Shown piece by piece: positions 1 through 14,135 of a DNA stretch of 64,000 nucleotides. The DNA lies in assembly GCF_046119375.1 (NCBI RefSeq), contig NW_027362769.1, positions 359,786,001-359,850,000 on the forward strand. The letters run 5' to 3'. Made by a program: the position numbers and the translations under genes. This DNA comes from Phyllobates terribilis (taxonomy: Eukaryota). Within the stretch, counting starts at the first letter, position 1, and each line of letters begins with the position of its first letter. The notes below the pieces were generated by a model that was not told the DNA's origin, did not search any database, and saw only the letters and a list, made by a program, of their open reading frames with translations.

Positions 1-1450
1 AGAGCAGTATAATCAGTGCCATCATCTTGTCCCCGGCAGAGCTGTATGATCAGTGCCACCACCTTGTGCCCGCCAGAGCTGTATAAGTGCCACCACCTTG
101 TCCCCGGCAGAGCTGTATGATCAGAGCCACCACCTTGTCCCCGGCAGAGCTGTATGATCAGTGCCACCACCTCGTCCTCGGCAGAGCTGTATGATCAGAG
201 CCACCACCTTGTCCCCGGCAGAGCTGTATGATCAGTGCCACCACCTTGTCCCCGGCAGAGCTGTATGATCAGTGCCACCTCCTTGTCCCCTGCAGAGCTG
301 TATGATCAGTGCCACCACCTTGTCCCCTGCAGAGCTGTATGATCAGTGCCATCATCTTGTCCCCGGCAGAGCTGCATTATCAGTGCCACCACTTTGTCCC
401 CTGCAGAGCTGTATGATCAGTGCCACCACCTTGTCCCCACCAGAGCTGTGTAAGTGCCACCACCTTGTCCCCGGCAGAGCTGTATGATCAGTGCCACCAC
501 CTTGTCACCGCCAGAGCTGTATAAGTGCCACCACCTTGTCCCCGGCAGAGCTGTATGATCAGAGCCACCTCCTTGTCCCCTGTAGAGCTGTATGATCAGT
601 GCCACCACCTTGTCCCCGCCAGAGCTGTATAAGTGCCACCACCTTGTCCCCGGCAGAGCTGTATGAATAGAGCCACCTCCTTGTCCCCTGCAGAGCTGTA
701 TGATCAGTGCCACCACCTTGTCCCCTGCAGAGCTGTATAATCAGTGCCATCATCTTGTCCCCGGCAGAGCTGCATTATCAGTGCCACCACTTCGTCCCCT
801 GCAGAGCTGTATGATCAGTGCCACCTCCTTGTCCCCTGCAGAGCTGTATGATCAGAGCCACCACCTTGTCCCCTGCAGAGCTGTATGATCAGTGCCACCA
901 CCTTGTACCCTGCAGAGCTGTATGATCAGTGCCATCATCTTGTCCCCGGCAGAGCTGTATGATCAGTGCCACCACCTTGTCCCCGGCAGAGCTGTATGAT
1001 CAGTGCCACCACCTTGTCCACTGCAGAGCTGTATGATCAGTGCCACCACCTTTTCCCCGGCAGATCTGTATGATCAGTGCTATCACCTTGTCCCCGGCAG
1101 AGCTGTATAATCAGTGCCATCATCTTGTCCCCGGAGAGCTGTATGATCAGTGCTATCACCTTGTCCCCGGCAGAGCTGTATAATCAGTGCCATCATCTTG
1201 TCCCCGGCAGAGCTGTATGATCAGTGCCACCACCTTGTCCCCGGCAGATCTGTATGATCAGTGCTATCACCTTGTCCCCGGCAGAGCTGTATGATCAGTG
1301 CCACCACCTTGTCCCCGGCAGATCTGTATGATCAGTGCTATCACCTTGTCCCCAGCAGAGCTGTATGATCAGTGCCATCATCTTGTCCCCGGCAGAGCTG
1401 TATGATCAGTGCCATCATCTTGTCCCCGGCAGAGCTGTATGATCAGTGCC
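1..1450 (+). repeat. 37-bp minisatellite (34-bp variants), about 39-40 units, open at the window start; unit resembles a histone 3' end
   Basis: Unit CAG(A/T)GCCACCAC-CTTGTCCCCGG-CAGAGCTGTA-TGAT repeats continuously to ~1450. AGAGCCACCAC is the stem-loop 3' arm plus the ACCAC flank, and AGAGCTGT is the HDE core. Confidence 0.95.
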
Positions 1451-1934
1451 CGTATATGCTGCCGCTTCTAGATTATAGTGTGTACAGGGAGCGGCTCCAG
1501 TGTTATAATGAATAAGCTTTTCCCCACATCTCCGCATAGAGCTGCGCTGTGTCCCGATCACACCAGTGCAGGTGACCGATCAGTGTAATCAATGGAGGGA
1601 AGGGGCCGATGTCCTACAGAAATCTAATTCTTACATCATCCTAATCAATCACCACTTGTAACCTGCGTCTTTATTAGTGAAAGGATTAGTGTGCGGTTAT
1701 TACTTCGATGTGAGAATTGGAGAACCAGTGATTTGACTGATGATAGAGTAGACCCTGTACAGCTCCGTGTACTGGTGACATAGAAGAACAGTGACGACGG
1801 TGGCTCCTGCTGTAGAAGCCGCATGTAGACATGGTGTGACCCTGTGCCAGTATCCGCAGCCAGAAAAGAGAGAACAGAGACCCTGCCCCTCTTTTTGAGG
1901 GCGGGATTAATGGGCGTTGGGATGATTTTGTGAA

Positions 1935-2513
<579 letters not shown>

Positions 2514-2542
2514 ATCCGTCCTACACGTCTGACTATAACAAA

Positions 2543-2586
2543 GGCTCTTTTCAGAGCCACCAAATCCTCCATAATAACGAGCTGAT
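2543..2586 (+). terminator. H3 3' stem-loop and histone downstream element (HDE)
   Basis: GGCTCT-TTTC-AGAGCC at 2543-2558, then ACCAA, then AACGAGCTGA at 2577-2586. Confidence 0.95.
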
Positions 2587-3280
2587 CCCTCATCTGCTTC
2601 ATATTCTGCTGAGTGTTCACTTGTGCTCAGTAACATCAGGGGCGCTCAGTTCTCTTCTCAGTCTAATTGGTATCTGGGGAGATTATTCCCTCCAATGCAG
2701 TTATAAGGGTGTGTAGAAATGATCTGATGACTACACGAAGTACATTCTACTCATTCAACCACTTAATATTCGTATCCCCACTAGTTTTCGCACCGATCCT
2801 GCCGCACATCCAATAATATCAGCTTTATATAATGTATTAGGAGTCTGGACTGTGTTTTGAAGGAATAAATGCGCAGATTTCTTGGTGTATATGATGCGAT
2901 CATTATAGGACGTCCATTATCCAGCGCTATCTCCTGTGAACACTCGCTGACTCCTATCAGCCGCACGGGTCTGATCCTGAAAACGCATCAGGATTAAGAG
3001 ACTAATATCCTCTGCAGCTCTGTAGTAGGTTTATCTAGATAATATTAACCTACATTTTATAAAATCCCCGCCTCCTTCTTTCAAAGTTCTCTGTAAACTG
3101 CAGTATCTCGTTTCTTTATATTCCCGGCACTCGGAATATTGCTGGTGTGATGGAGTCACCATTGTTAGAATCAGTTCTGCACTTTGTGTTCTAGAAAGCG
3201 GATACTGTTCCCTTAATCCTGGAAAACGAGAGATTCCTGTATGGAACCAAGAAACCATTGATCGCTCAACACAAGCAAAT

Positions 3281-3560
3281 TTCCTGATATCCGACCGTCC
3301 TGAAACCACGTGATGCAGAAGGACAAAGAACAGAAAAAGCCATCAGCCCCTGAGCGGGAACTTCCTATTCGGTAACTATTAACATTAGCTCCTCCCCTTC
3401 CTCTGCTGATTGGCTGAACACAGGACGTTAGGGAGTTTGAATTTCCCGCTCCTTGTAGTTTCCGCAGCTTCTACATGTAATTGTGTTACTACTTCTGCTG
3501 TGAAGAGAAGTGTCCGGTCTATAGATAAACTCCACTGACCACATTCATGTAATCACCTTC
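3281..3560 (-). repeat. Cluster-dispersed ~250-bp element, copy 1 (E2F/CHR-like and CCAAT motifs)
   Basis: Reverse complement aligns by eye with 12057-12283 and with 4320-4465. ATTGG 3409-3413, TTTGAA 3436-3441, TTTCCCGC 3442-3449. Confidence 0.8.
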
Positions 3561-4319
3561 CAGATCACAGTGTATTCTCCATTGGATATGGGACCACTGG
3601 AATGAGAATCAATCAGCTGCTCAGTGATTATGTTATTTATACGGTTCCTTTTTTATTTGCTCAATCTGAGCTGTTGTCATTATCTTCTACAGGAAGATAA
3701 CAAATGTTCTCTAAGTGCAAATCCTCAAATGAAGAAACAAGTGATATCTGAGTTTTATGATCTCTGTCAATTACAATACAAGTGTTATTAGGAGAAAGTA
3801 AATATTGTCATTTCTGATGAGCGGAAAATCCCAGTGGTGGCAAAATATTAAGTATCTGAGCAGTGCTGCTGACCGCGGCTTCCTCCCTGCACTGTCCTTA
3901 GAAGAGGCAATAATCCTGGCTGCCACAATCCTCCTCTGATCGTGTCCAGGCATGGTCACATGCTGCTGCTCCTGCAAATCACCGCACCCCAAGAGCAATT
4001 CTATCAGAAGTGACAAGCCCGTTTTGGAAACGTCACAGAGCTCAGTCAGGATCCTATAGATTAGTCACCGGGAGCAGCCAGAATGTCACATGTATTAATA
4101 CATGTAGATTGTACAGAATGAAGCCATGGCAAGGGATGATGAGGGGAGTAGTAAGATGCGGAAATGACCATGGAGATGTGAATAGCATGTTAGGAATATG
4201 CTGGTATGATGGAAGTGGGGGTTAATCACTGTCAGTGCCGCTATCTGTATATTCAGCAGTGATCTGATGCTTCTGCTCAGCTTCATCTCACTTGCAGGAG
4301 GCTGGTGTCGTGTCTGCCC

Positions 4320-4540
4320 TTTTATTTATGGACTGTATCTGACACATTTCTCATCGCAGGGAAAAGATATATTAGACGCTGCGGAAACTGCACAATGAGC
4401 GGGAAATTCAAACTCCCCAACAGTTCAGTGTTCAGCCAATCAGCAGAGGAAGGAGGAGCTAATGTAGATTCTGTAAGACCCGCCCGGGAGTCGCGTCATC
4501 TCACTCTCTCTGGTCCACCTATACGCTATATAAAGGAGGA
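4320..4540 (+). promoter_or_regulatory. Histone H4 promoter, containing copy 2 of the dispersed element
   Basis: GCGGGAAA-TTCAAA 4399-4412, CCAAT 4436-4440, H4-type GGTCC 4512-4516, TATATAAA 4527-4534. Confidence 0.8.
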
Positions 4541-4576
4541 ATCAGTGAAGTTTCAGCATTGATTTCTGATCTCTAA

Positions 4577-4894
<318 letters not shown>

Positions 4895-4926
4895 TTGTAT
4901 TCTCTGCTCCATCCTGACAACCCAAA

Positions 4927-4942
4927 GGCTCTTTTCAGAGCC
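4927..4942 (+). terminator. H4 3' stem-loop
   Basis: GGCTCT-TTTC-AGAGCC followed by ACCAC. Confidence 0.95.
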
Positions 4943-5212
4943 ACCACATCTTCTAAGTGAGAGGCTACAATCTCCTGTTGCTGTGCCGGGAGCTGATCTC
5001 TACTGTGCACTGGTGATCTCTGTATTCTGGCTGGTAGATCGCTCAGGTGTCCGGTTCTCATCAGTGTAAGTTTTGTGCTTCCCATATTGGGGAGAACGGC
5101 GGACAGTGATTCTATCACTAGTGAGATAACACCGATCCGCGGTTACTACAGAACATTGGATCCAGGTCCTGCAGTGAGAAGAATGTGACTCTACTACATA
5201 TTTCCACATCAG

Positions 5213-8200
5213 ATTATTATAGCGCCATTTATTCCATGGCACTTTACATGTGAAGAAGGGGTATACATACAAGAGCAATTACAATAATCTTGAACACAAT
5301 GTGACGGCGACTGGTACAGGAGGAGCGAGGACCCTGCCTGCGATGGCTCAGTCTACAAGGGATGGGTGAGGGTAGAGCTGGTCGTGCAGCATTATTTGTG
5401 GAGTGGTGGTTTCTGCAGGTTGTAGGCTTGTCGGAAGAGGTGGGTCTTCAGGCTCTTTTTGAAGGTTTCCACGGTCCACGAGAGTCTGATGTGTTGGGGT
5501 AGAAAGTTCCAGAGTAGGGGAGACGCACGGGAGAAATCTTGTATGTGATTGTGGGAAGGGGCGATAAGAGGGGAGTAGAGAAGGAGATCTTGTGAGGATC
5601 GGAGGTTGCGTGCGGGTATGTTGCGGGAGAGTAGGCAAGATATATGTGGAGGAGACAGGTTGTGAATGGCTTTGTATGTCATGGTTAGGGTTTTTAACTG
5701 GAGTCTCTGGGCAATGGGGAGCCAGTGAAGAGATTGACAGAGAGGAGAGGCTGGGGGAAAAGTGGATTAGTCGGGCAGCAGAGTTTAGGATGGATTGGAG
5801 GGGTGCGAGAGTGTTAGAATGGAGGCCACAGAGCAGGAGGTTGCAGTAGTCAAGGCGGGAGATGAGAGCGTGCACTAGTGTTTTTGCAGATTCATGGTTG
5901 AGGAATGTGCGGATCCGGGAGATATTTTTGAGTTGGAGTCGGCAGGAAGTGGAAAGGACTTGGATATGTGGTTTGAAGGAGAGTTCAGAGTCCAGGGTTA
6001 CCCCAAGGCAGCGAGCTTGATGGACTGGGGAGAGTGGGCAGCTATTGACGTTGATAGGTCAGTTGGGGGGGGTTGAATGAGATGGCGGAAAGATGATGAA
6101 TTCTGTTTTGTCCATGTTAAGTTTTAGAAATCTAGCAGAGAAGAAGGATGAAATAGCAGACAGACATTGTGGGATTTTGGTTAGTAAGGAGGTGATATCA
6201 GGTCCAAAGAGGCAGATCTGTGTGTCGTCAGCATAGAGGTGATAATGAAAGCCATGAGACTCTATGAGCTGTCCCAGGCCTAAGGTGTAGATGGAGATGA
6301 GCAGGGGTCCTAGAACTGAACCTTGGGGGACACCGACAGATAGGGGGTGAGATGAGGAGGTGGTCTGTGAGTGAGAGACACTGAATGTCCTGTCTGTTAG
6401 ATATGAGGAGATCCAGGATAGGGCCCAGTTTGTGATGCCAAGAGATGAGTTTTTTGTAAGAGGGAATAGTCCACTGTGTCGAAGGCAGATGACAGGTCTA
6501 AGAGGAGGAGGACAGAATAGTGTCGCTTATATTTGGCGGTTAGTAGGTCGTTGGTAACTTTGGTCAGTGCAGTTTCAGTAGAATGGTGCGGTCGGAAACC
6601 AGATTGTAGGTGGTCGAAGAGGGAGCAGTAGGAGAGGTGGGAGGACAGCTCAGAATGGACGTGTTGTTCCAGTAGTTTTGAGGCATAGGGGAGAAGTGAT
6701 ATGGGGCGATGGGTCAAGGGAGGGCTTTTTGAGGATGGGTGTGATTGAGGCATGTTTGAAGCATGAGGGTAAGACACCAGTTGTTAGTGACAAGTTGAAG
6801 AGGAGGGCTAGCGCTGGGATGAAGATAGTGGTAAGGGTTGGGATGAGGTGGGACGGGATTGGGTCAAGTTTACAGGTGGTGAGGTGTGATTTGGAAAGCA
6901 AAGAGGAAAGTTGATCTTCCGTAATGGTGGAGAGTGTGGTTTTGAAGGAGGAAGGTTGAGTAGGTGTGGGGAGGGGCTGTGGAGGCTTTAGGCAAAAGCT
7001 TTGTCTGATGATGTCAATCTTCTGTTTGAAGAATGAGGCAAAGTCTTCGGCTGAAATAAGAGGAGAGGAAGGAGGCACTGGGGGACGGAGGAGAGAATTG
7101 AAGGTGTTGAATAGTTGTTTGGGGTTGTGAGACAGGAAGGATATGAGACATGTGAAGTATGTTTGCTTTGCTGCAGTGAGTGTGGACTTGAAGGTAGTGA
7201 GAGACTGTTTGAATGCGATGAAGTGCTCATTGGAGTGGGACCATTTCCATCTACGATCAGCAACCCTGGAGGCCCGTCGCAGTTCTTTAGTTAGGCTGGT
7301 GTGCAAGGGTTGTCTGTTGATTGTGCGGGCTTTGGTATGTGTGAGGGGGTCGACCGAATCGAAAGCTGCAGCTGTTGTGGTGTTGTATAAAGTGGCAGCA
7401 ACATCTGCATCATGTAAGGAACTAATGTCTGTAAGAAGGAGAAGGGATTCAGAGAGTGAGTGTAGGTCAAGGTGTTTGAGATTTCGGCGAGGGTATGCAA
7501 GTTTGTGAAGTGGGGATTGTTGCCCTGGAGAGGAAAGGGTAGAGAATGTAAGTAGGTTGTGGTCAGAGAGAGGGAGAGGTGAGTTAGAGAGGTTAGATGG
7601 GGAACAGAGGCTGGAGAAGATAAGGTCCAGCGTGTGGCCGTCTTTGTGGGTGGGTGTGGAAGACCACTGGGTAAGACCAAAGGAGGAAGTGAGGGATTGA
7701 AGCTTAGAGGCGGCTGAGAGGGAAGTGTCAATGGGGATGTTGAAGTCACCCATGAGGATAGTGGGGATGTCAACGGAGAGGAAATGAAGTAGCCAAGTGG
7801 TGAAGTGGTCAAAGAAAGTGGTTAGTGGTCAAATAAAGTGATGGCTGATCCTGGGGGGCGGTAGATGACAGCCAGTTGGAGGGGGAGTAGATGCGCACGC
7901 AGTGCACTTCAAAAGAGGGGAGAGAAATTGAGGGTGGCAGTGGAATATGGGTGAAGGAGCAGTTATCTGAGAGGAGGAAACCTATTCCTCCACCGTGCTT
8001 GCCGGTGGGGCGAGGGGTATGGGAGAGGTGGAATCCGCCGTAACAAAGTGCAGCAGGAGAGGCCGTGTCAGAGGGGGTGAGCCAGGTTTCAGTGATACCG
8101 AGGAAGGAAAGCTTGTTGGTGATGAAGAGGTCGTGAATGTAGGAAAGTTTGTTGCAGACGGAGCGAGCGTTCCATAGAGCTCCTGTTAGGAGGATTGGGG

Positions 8201-8540
8201 AAGCGGGGGCTGGGCGGATGGGTATAAGGTTAGAACGGTTACCAGAGTTTGGGATAGATCGTCGGTAGGAGGTGGAAGTGACTGAGGGGATGTGGTGAGG
8301 ATCTCTAGCTCCAGTGACTCCACATTCTCTAGGTTTCCCGGACTAGGGGAGCAGTATTCACTGATGGAAGACTCGGGGTTCAGCGACGCTCTGGTCACTG
8401 GTTGATGCATATAGTGTAGTTGCTCTATCCAGATGCTGGGATGTGCCCTGTGTGATCTGGAGACTGGTATCCTTTTCGGCAGATTGCAGCACATTCAGTT
8501 TTGTGGACAAAGATCCTGACCAGGGAAGACTAACCTGCCT
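5213..8540 (-). mobile_element. L2-clade LINE with frameshifted endonuclease + RT ORF, inserted between H4 and H2A
   Basis: Minus-strand motifs LWNARSVCNK..GITETWL (APE, ~8080-8180), [21 protein letters not shown] and YADD (6224-6235). 3' UTR has a GC(G/A)CCATGGAATAAATGGCGC hairpin and an (AAT)-rich tail at ~5213. 5' limit approximate. Confidence 0.92.
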
Positions 8541-9743
8541 TTCCAATTGGATCCCTTTCTTGAATTACGCCCCCACCTCCAATGGGGAGTTCGGGTTTTT
8601 TTTCTCTGTATAAAAACCTAAGATTCTGCAGTTATTGGGCCCTGATTAGTACCAGGCTCAGTGTATATGCAGGGTACGAGATCCTTTGTGCGGCTGCCTG
8701 TAATATTGGTAGCTGCTACAGCCTGGGACGTGTCTGTTATACACTCCTGACATGTGCTGGTGTGTCTGCTCTGCAGTCTTTCACTTCTGGAGCTGACACC
8801 GCTGACTTTGGGTGATGTGATGTGTCTTCTTATGGATCTATAACAAATATTACACATGGTGGATGCGGGGGAGTGGTGATACATATAGCTCTGTGCACAC
8901 AGCTCATACCCTGCTGTGATGCGATTATTACAGAACAGAAATCCAAGTCTTGCCATGAGATGAATGTGTTGATTCTGCTACATGATATTTTTTCAGATCA
9001 GTGTAGGATGCAGCGAATATTCACTGCATGAGGCAGCTGGATATATGGCCGCCCTGTGTACCCGGTATGTAGACTCCAATGTGATGACCGCGGATCTGTT
9101 TAGCCAATGAGTAGTAACCAGATATAGGGGTTTCCTCCTCCGTTTAACTCCTTAGTGGCCGTGTGACTGCTGATCACACACATGATTTACTCAAGCGGCT
9201 CCTTCCCCCACTACAGACCCGCAGCGCTCACATCAGGCTCCTGGTAGAACATGAGACTTGTCTTAGTCTGTGGTGGGATCGGAACCGACACCACAGGGAA
9301 TCCGCAAAGAATAATACGGGGGTGAGTGAGGAGCCTCCTGCACGTGTAGATGGAGCGGAGAAGCATCAGATCACTGCTGGATATACAGATAACGGCACTG
9401 AATGGAATTAACCCCCTCTCCCCCTACATGAGGATTGTGTGGAGCTCAGAAAACCCAAGCAAAGTAATCGTCCGATTTATAGGTTTTATGGAATAAAAAA
9501 CATAATGACTGGACTCCATGCTTAATCTTCCCCTACGCAAATATTTACCAGTCATCCCTTGTACACTGCTGAATATACTAGATCACTGCACCATCACCAC
9601 ACCAGTAACATGTAGCAGGATCTACCTGTGCATTTAATGCTTCTACTCTATAGTAAACAATGTATCGTGTAGTTCTATCTGACGCTGCAGGCGATGGTTC
9701 TCTTATCCACCAGCGGTGCCGGCTCTGATGAGGAGGATGTGGT

Positions 9744-9759
9744 GGCTCTTAGAAGAGCC
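9744..9759 (-). terminator. H2A 3' stem-loop
   Basis: Minus strand GGCTCT-TCTA-AGAGCC-ACCAC, then 11 nt, then CAGAGCC. Confidence 0.95.
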
Positions 9760-9793
9760 TTTGGTTGTTCGGACAGATGTGGAGGAGCGGCGC

Positions 9794-10898
<1,105 letters not shown>

Positions 10899-10932
10899 NN
10901 NNNTCCGTCTGCTGCTCCGCCATCACCCCAAA

Positions 10933-10973
10933 GGCTCTTCTAAGAGCCACCACCCCATCTACATCAGAGCTGT
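10933..10973 (+). terminator. H2B 3' stem-loop and HDE
   Basis: GGCTCT-TCTA-AGAGCC 10933-10948, ACCAC, 11 nt, CAGAGCTGT 10965-10973. Confidence 0.95.
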
Positions 10974-11809
10974 GGCTGCTCCTGTGTCCTCTCCCGTCTA
11001 CATCAGAGCTGTGGCTGCTCCTGTGTCCTCTCCCGTCTACATCAGAGCTGTGGCTGCTCCTGTGTCCTCTCCCGTCTACATCAGAGCTGTGGCTGCTCCT
11101 GTGTCCTCTCCCGTCTACATCAGAGCTGTAGCTGCTCCTGTGTCCTCTCCCGTCTACATCAGGGCTGTGGCTGCTCCTGTGTCCTCTCCCGTCTCCATCG
11201 CAGCTGTGGCTGCTCCTGTGTCCTCTCCCGTCTACATCGGAGCTGTGGCTGCTCCTGTGTCCTCTCCAGTCTACATCGGAGCTGTGGCTGCTCCTGTGTC
11301 CTCTCCCGTCTACATCGGAGCTGTGGCTGCTCCTGTGTCCTCTCCCGTCTACATCAGAGCTGTGGCTGCTCCTGTGTCCTCTCCCGTCTACATCAGAGCT
11401 GTGGCTGCTCCTGTGTCCTCTCCCGTCTTCATCAGAGCTGTGGCTGCTCCTGTGTCCTCTCCCGTCTACATCAGAGCTGTGGCTGCTCCTGTGTCCTCTC
11501 CCGTCTACATCAGAGCTGTGGCTGCTTCTGTGTCCTCTCCCGTCTACATCAGAGCTGTGGCTGCTCCTGTGTCCTCTCCCGTCTACATCAGAGCTGTGGC
11601 TGCTCCTGTGTCCTCTCCCGTCTACATCAGAGCTGTGGCTGCTTCTGTGTCCTCTCCCGTCTACATCAGAGCTGTGGCTGCTCCTGTGTTCTCTCCCGTC
11701 TACATCAGAGCTGTGGCTGCTCCTGTGTCCTCTCCCGTCTACATCAGAGCTGTGGCTGCTCCTGTGTCCTCTCCCGTCTACATCAGAGCTGTGGCTGCTC
11801 CTGTGTCCT
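10959..11809 (+). repeat. 39-bp minisatellite, about 22 units, each containing the H2B HDE
   Basis: Unit CTACATCAGAGCTGTGGCTGCTCCTGTGTCCTCTCCCGT. The first unit is the genuine HDE of H2B. Confidence 0.97.
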
Positions 11810-12056
11810 GTCTATTCACAGGGTAAATGACAGGGGGCGCTAGTAGAGCTGATTAACTCTTTCCTAGACTGATAGTGAAACCTATGAATGAGTCCTTCAC
11901 AGCTCTGATCCTTTCAGTAATCTTATGAGCGAGTTGTCCTGTGTTCAGTGGCTTTTTACTCCACCCCTTGCTCCCCAGATCTGATATTCCGGGGTCTCCT
12001 CCATCCTGTATAACATGATTCGTTTAGTTCATGTTTCTCCGAATAACATGAGACAT

Positions 12057-12283
12057 TTGTGTAGATTTTATCTATAATTCCGGACACTTCTTTTCACAGA
12101 GGAAGAAATTACATCATTACATTTAGAAGTTGTGGAAACTACAATGAGCGGGAAATTCATAATCCGCAGAGGAAGAGGAGGAGCTAATGTTACCAATGGG
12201 TGAATTCCCGCTCAGTGCTTGATGGATTTTCTGTTCTTTGTCATCATATAACACGTGGTCCTATGTCGGGCCGATATCGGGAA
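12057..12283 (+). repeat. Cluster-dispersed element, copy 3 (internal deletion removes the CCAAT part)
   Basis: TTTATCTATA..CCGGACACTTC..GGAAACTACAATGAGCGGGAAATTCA..GAGGAGCTAATGTT..TTCCCGCTCAG..CTGTTCTTTGTC aligns with the reverse complement of 3281-3535. Confidence 0.8.
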
Positions 12284-12719
12284 CACCTGCATGTGTGCAG
12301 CGATTATTCCTCGTTTACATCACATACAGGAGTCTGTAGAGTTTCGGGATTAGGGCAGCAGATCTTTTTCTTCAGTACATTGCATCACAATCACTATTGT
12401 GGAGGACTATATACTGATCGGGGATTTATCCTACAAGAAACATTTCTAGAAAGATCAATTCTACTTTCCCATGCAGATCTCATTATGTCTCCCCGATCAT
12501 CTCCTCAGCAGTTTTCCAGTAATCCATTTACAGATCAATTCTACAGCTAAAGGCAGGAGGTTTGTGACAGGACACGTACGATTGTGGATTGCAGATTGCT
12601 GAGAGTTCATTGCTCAAAACATTACACTCTGCTGTCAGGATGTCACATGATCCCCTGTGATAGATCATGTGATAGTTCACATGAAATTAATTGGGCACAA
12701 TATTAATTATAATAATTTT

Positions 12720-13510
12720 TTTAGGCTGTTTGCCCACTATGAGTTTTTTATGCGTTTCCGCCACGGCATTTCCACTGCAGAAACACTTAAAAAACGCTTG
12801 GTAGAAGGCCTTCCATGTTCCCCAATGATAATCCGCATGTGCACTGCACATGCTGCGGAAATTTCCGCTGCGGATTATCATTGCGGAAAAATCCGCAGCA
12901 TTACCAATTATTTTGCGGAAGCGCGGCGTTTTCGCCGCCATTGACTTGCAATGGAACGTATGGAATCCGCATCACTGCATTTGTACATGCAGAATCCATG
13001 CGTTTCAATGTGCAGATGGTAACCAGGTTTGGAGAAGAGGAGTCTCTCCGCACCTGGGTACCATAGAACCTGTAAAAAAAGAATAAAATAAAAAATAAAT
13101 GTTATACTTACCTTCTGATGGCCCCCGGTGTCTTTATCCTATGCGTCCTGGCTTGCCGGCAGCTCGCGATGGTCTGAAAAGGACCTGCCGTGACGTCATT
13201 TAGTCATGTGACGGGTCACACGACCGCTGATTTCGGCAGGCCATCAGAAGGTAAGTATATATTTTTTATTTTTTACCATTCTTTTACATTCACACTATAT
13301 AAATCCATGCTGGTTGCATGGATTTATATAGTGTAACCAAGTTGTCAAGCACTTTTCTAAAATCGCTTGGAATGCGCTTGTCAACCCGCATGCAGAAATG
13401 CATGTGAAGAACTCTTCACTTCCGCTTGTCCCTGGCAGGAAAAACGCATGTACAATCCGCATGTTCAATCCGCACGCGTTTTTTCTGCCAGGGAGATACA
13501 GAAACGCTCA
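12720..13510. mobile_element. Degenerate palindromic non-autonomous DNA element (MITE-like)
   Basis: Perfect 21-bp inverted repeat 13103-13123 / 13239-13259 around the centre; many (T)GCGGA/TCCGC(A) motifs in both arms. Termini and TSD not resolved. Confidence 0.5.
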
Positions 13511-13526
13511 AAATATGGAGCACACG

Positions 13527-14135
13527 TAGCCATCTATAAACAGCGCAAGGCCGCACGGTGCCATCTATACACAGCGGGAGGCCACAAGGTGCCATCTATA
13601 CACAGCAGGAGGCCGCACGTAGCTATCTATACACAGCAGGAGGCCGCACGGTGCCATCTATACACAGCAGGAGGCAGAACGGTGCCATCTATACACAGCG
13701 GGAGGCCGCACGTAGCCATCTATACACAGCGGGAGGCCACACGGTGCCATCTATACACAGCAGGAGGCCGCACGTAGCTATCTATACACAGCAGGAGGCC
13801 GCACGGTGCCATCTATACACAGCAGGAGGCAGAACGGTGCCATCTATACACAGCGGGAGGCCGCACGTAGCCATCTATATACAGCGGGAGGCCGCACATA
13901 GCCATCTATACACAGGAGGAGGCCGCACATAGCCATCTATACACAGCGGGAGGCTGCACGTAGCCATCTATACACAGTGGGAGGCCGCACATAGCCATCT
14001 ATACACAGCAGGAGGCCGCACATAGCCATCTATACACAGCGAGAGGCCACACAGCGCCATCTATACACAGCGGGAGGACACACGGCCCCCCCCAGAGACA
14101 GCAGGAGGCCGTACGGTGCCATTTATACTCAGCAG
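13527..14135. repeat. 31-bp minisatellite
   Basis: Unit GCCATCTATACACAGC(A/G)GGAGGCCGCACGTA, about 19 copies, followed by (CA)n tracts to ~14300. Confidence 0.9.

Noticed and set aside
10972-11826. 284-aa ORF of (AVAAPVSSPVYIR)n
   Set aside because: Product of a 39-bp stop-free unit, non-ATG start, and lies past the H2B cleavage site.
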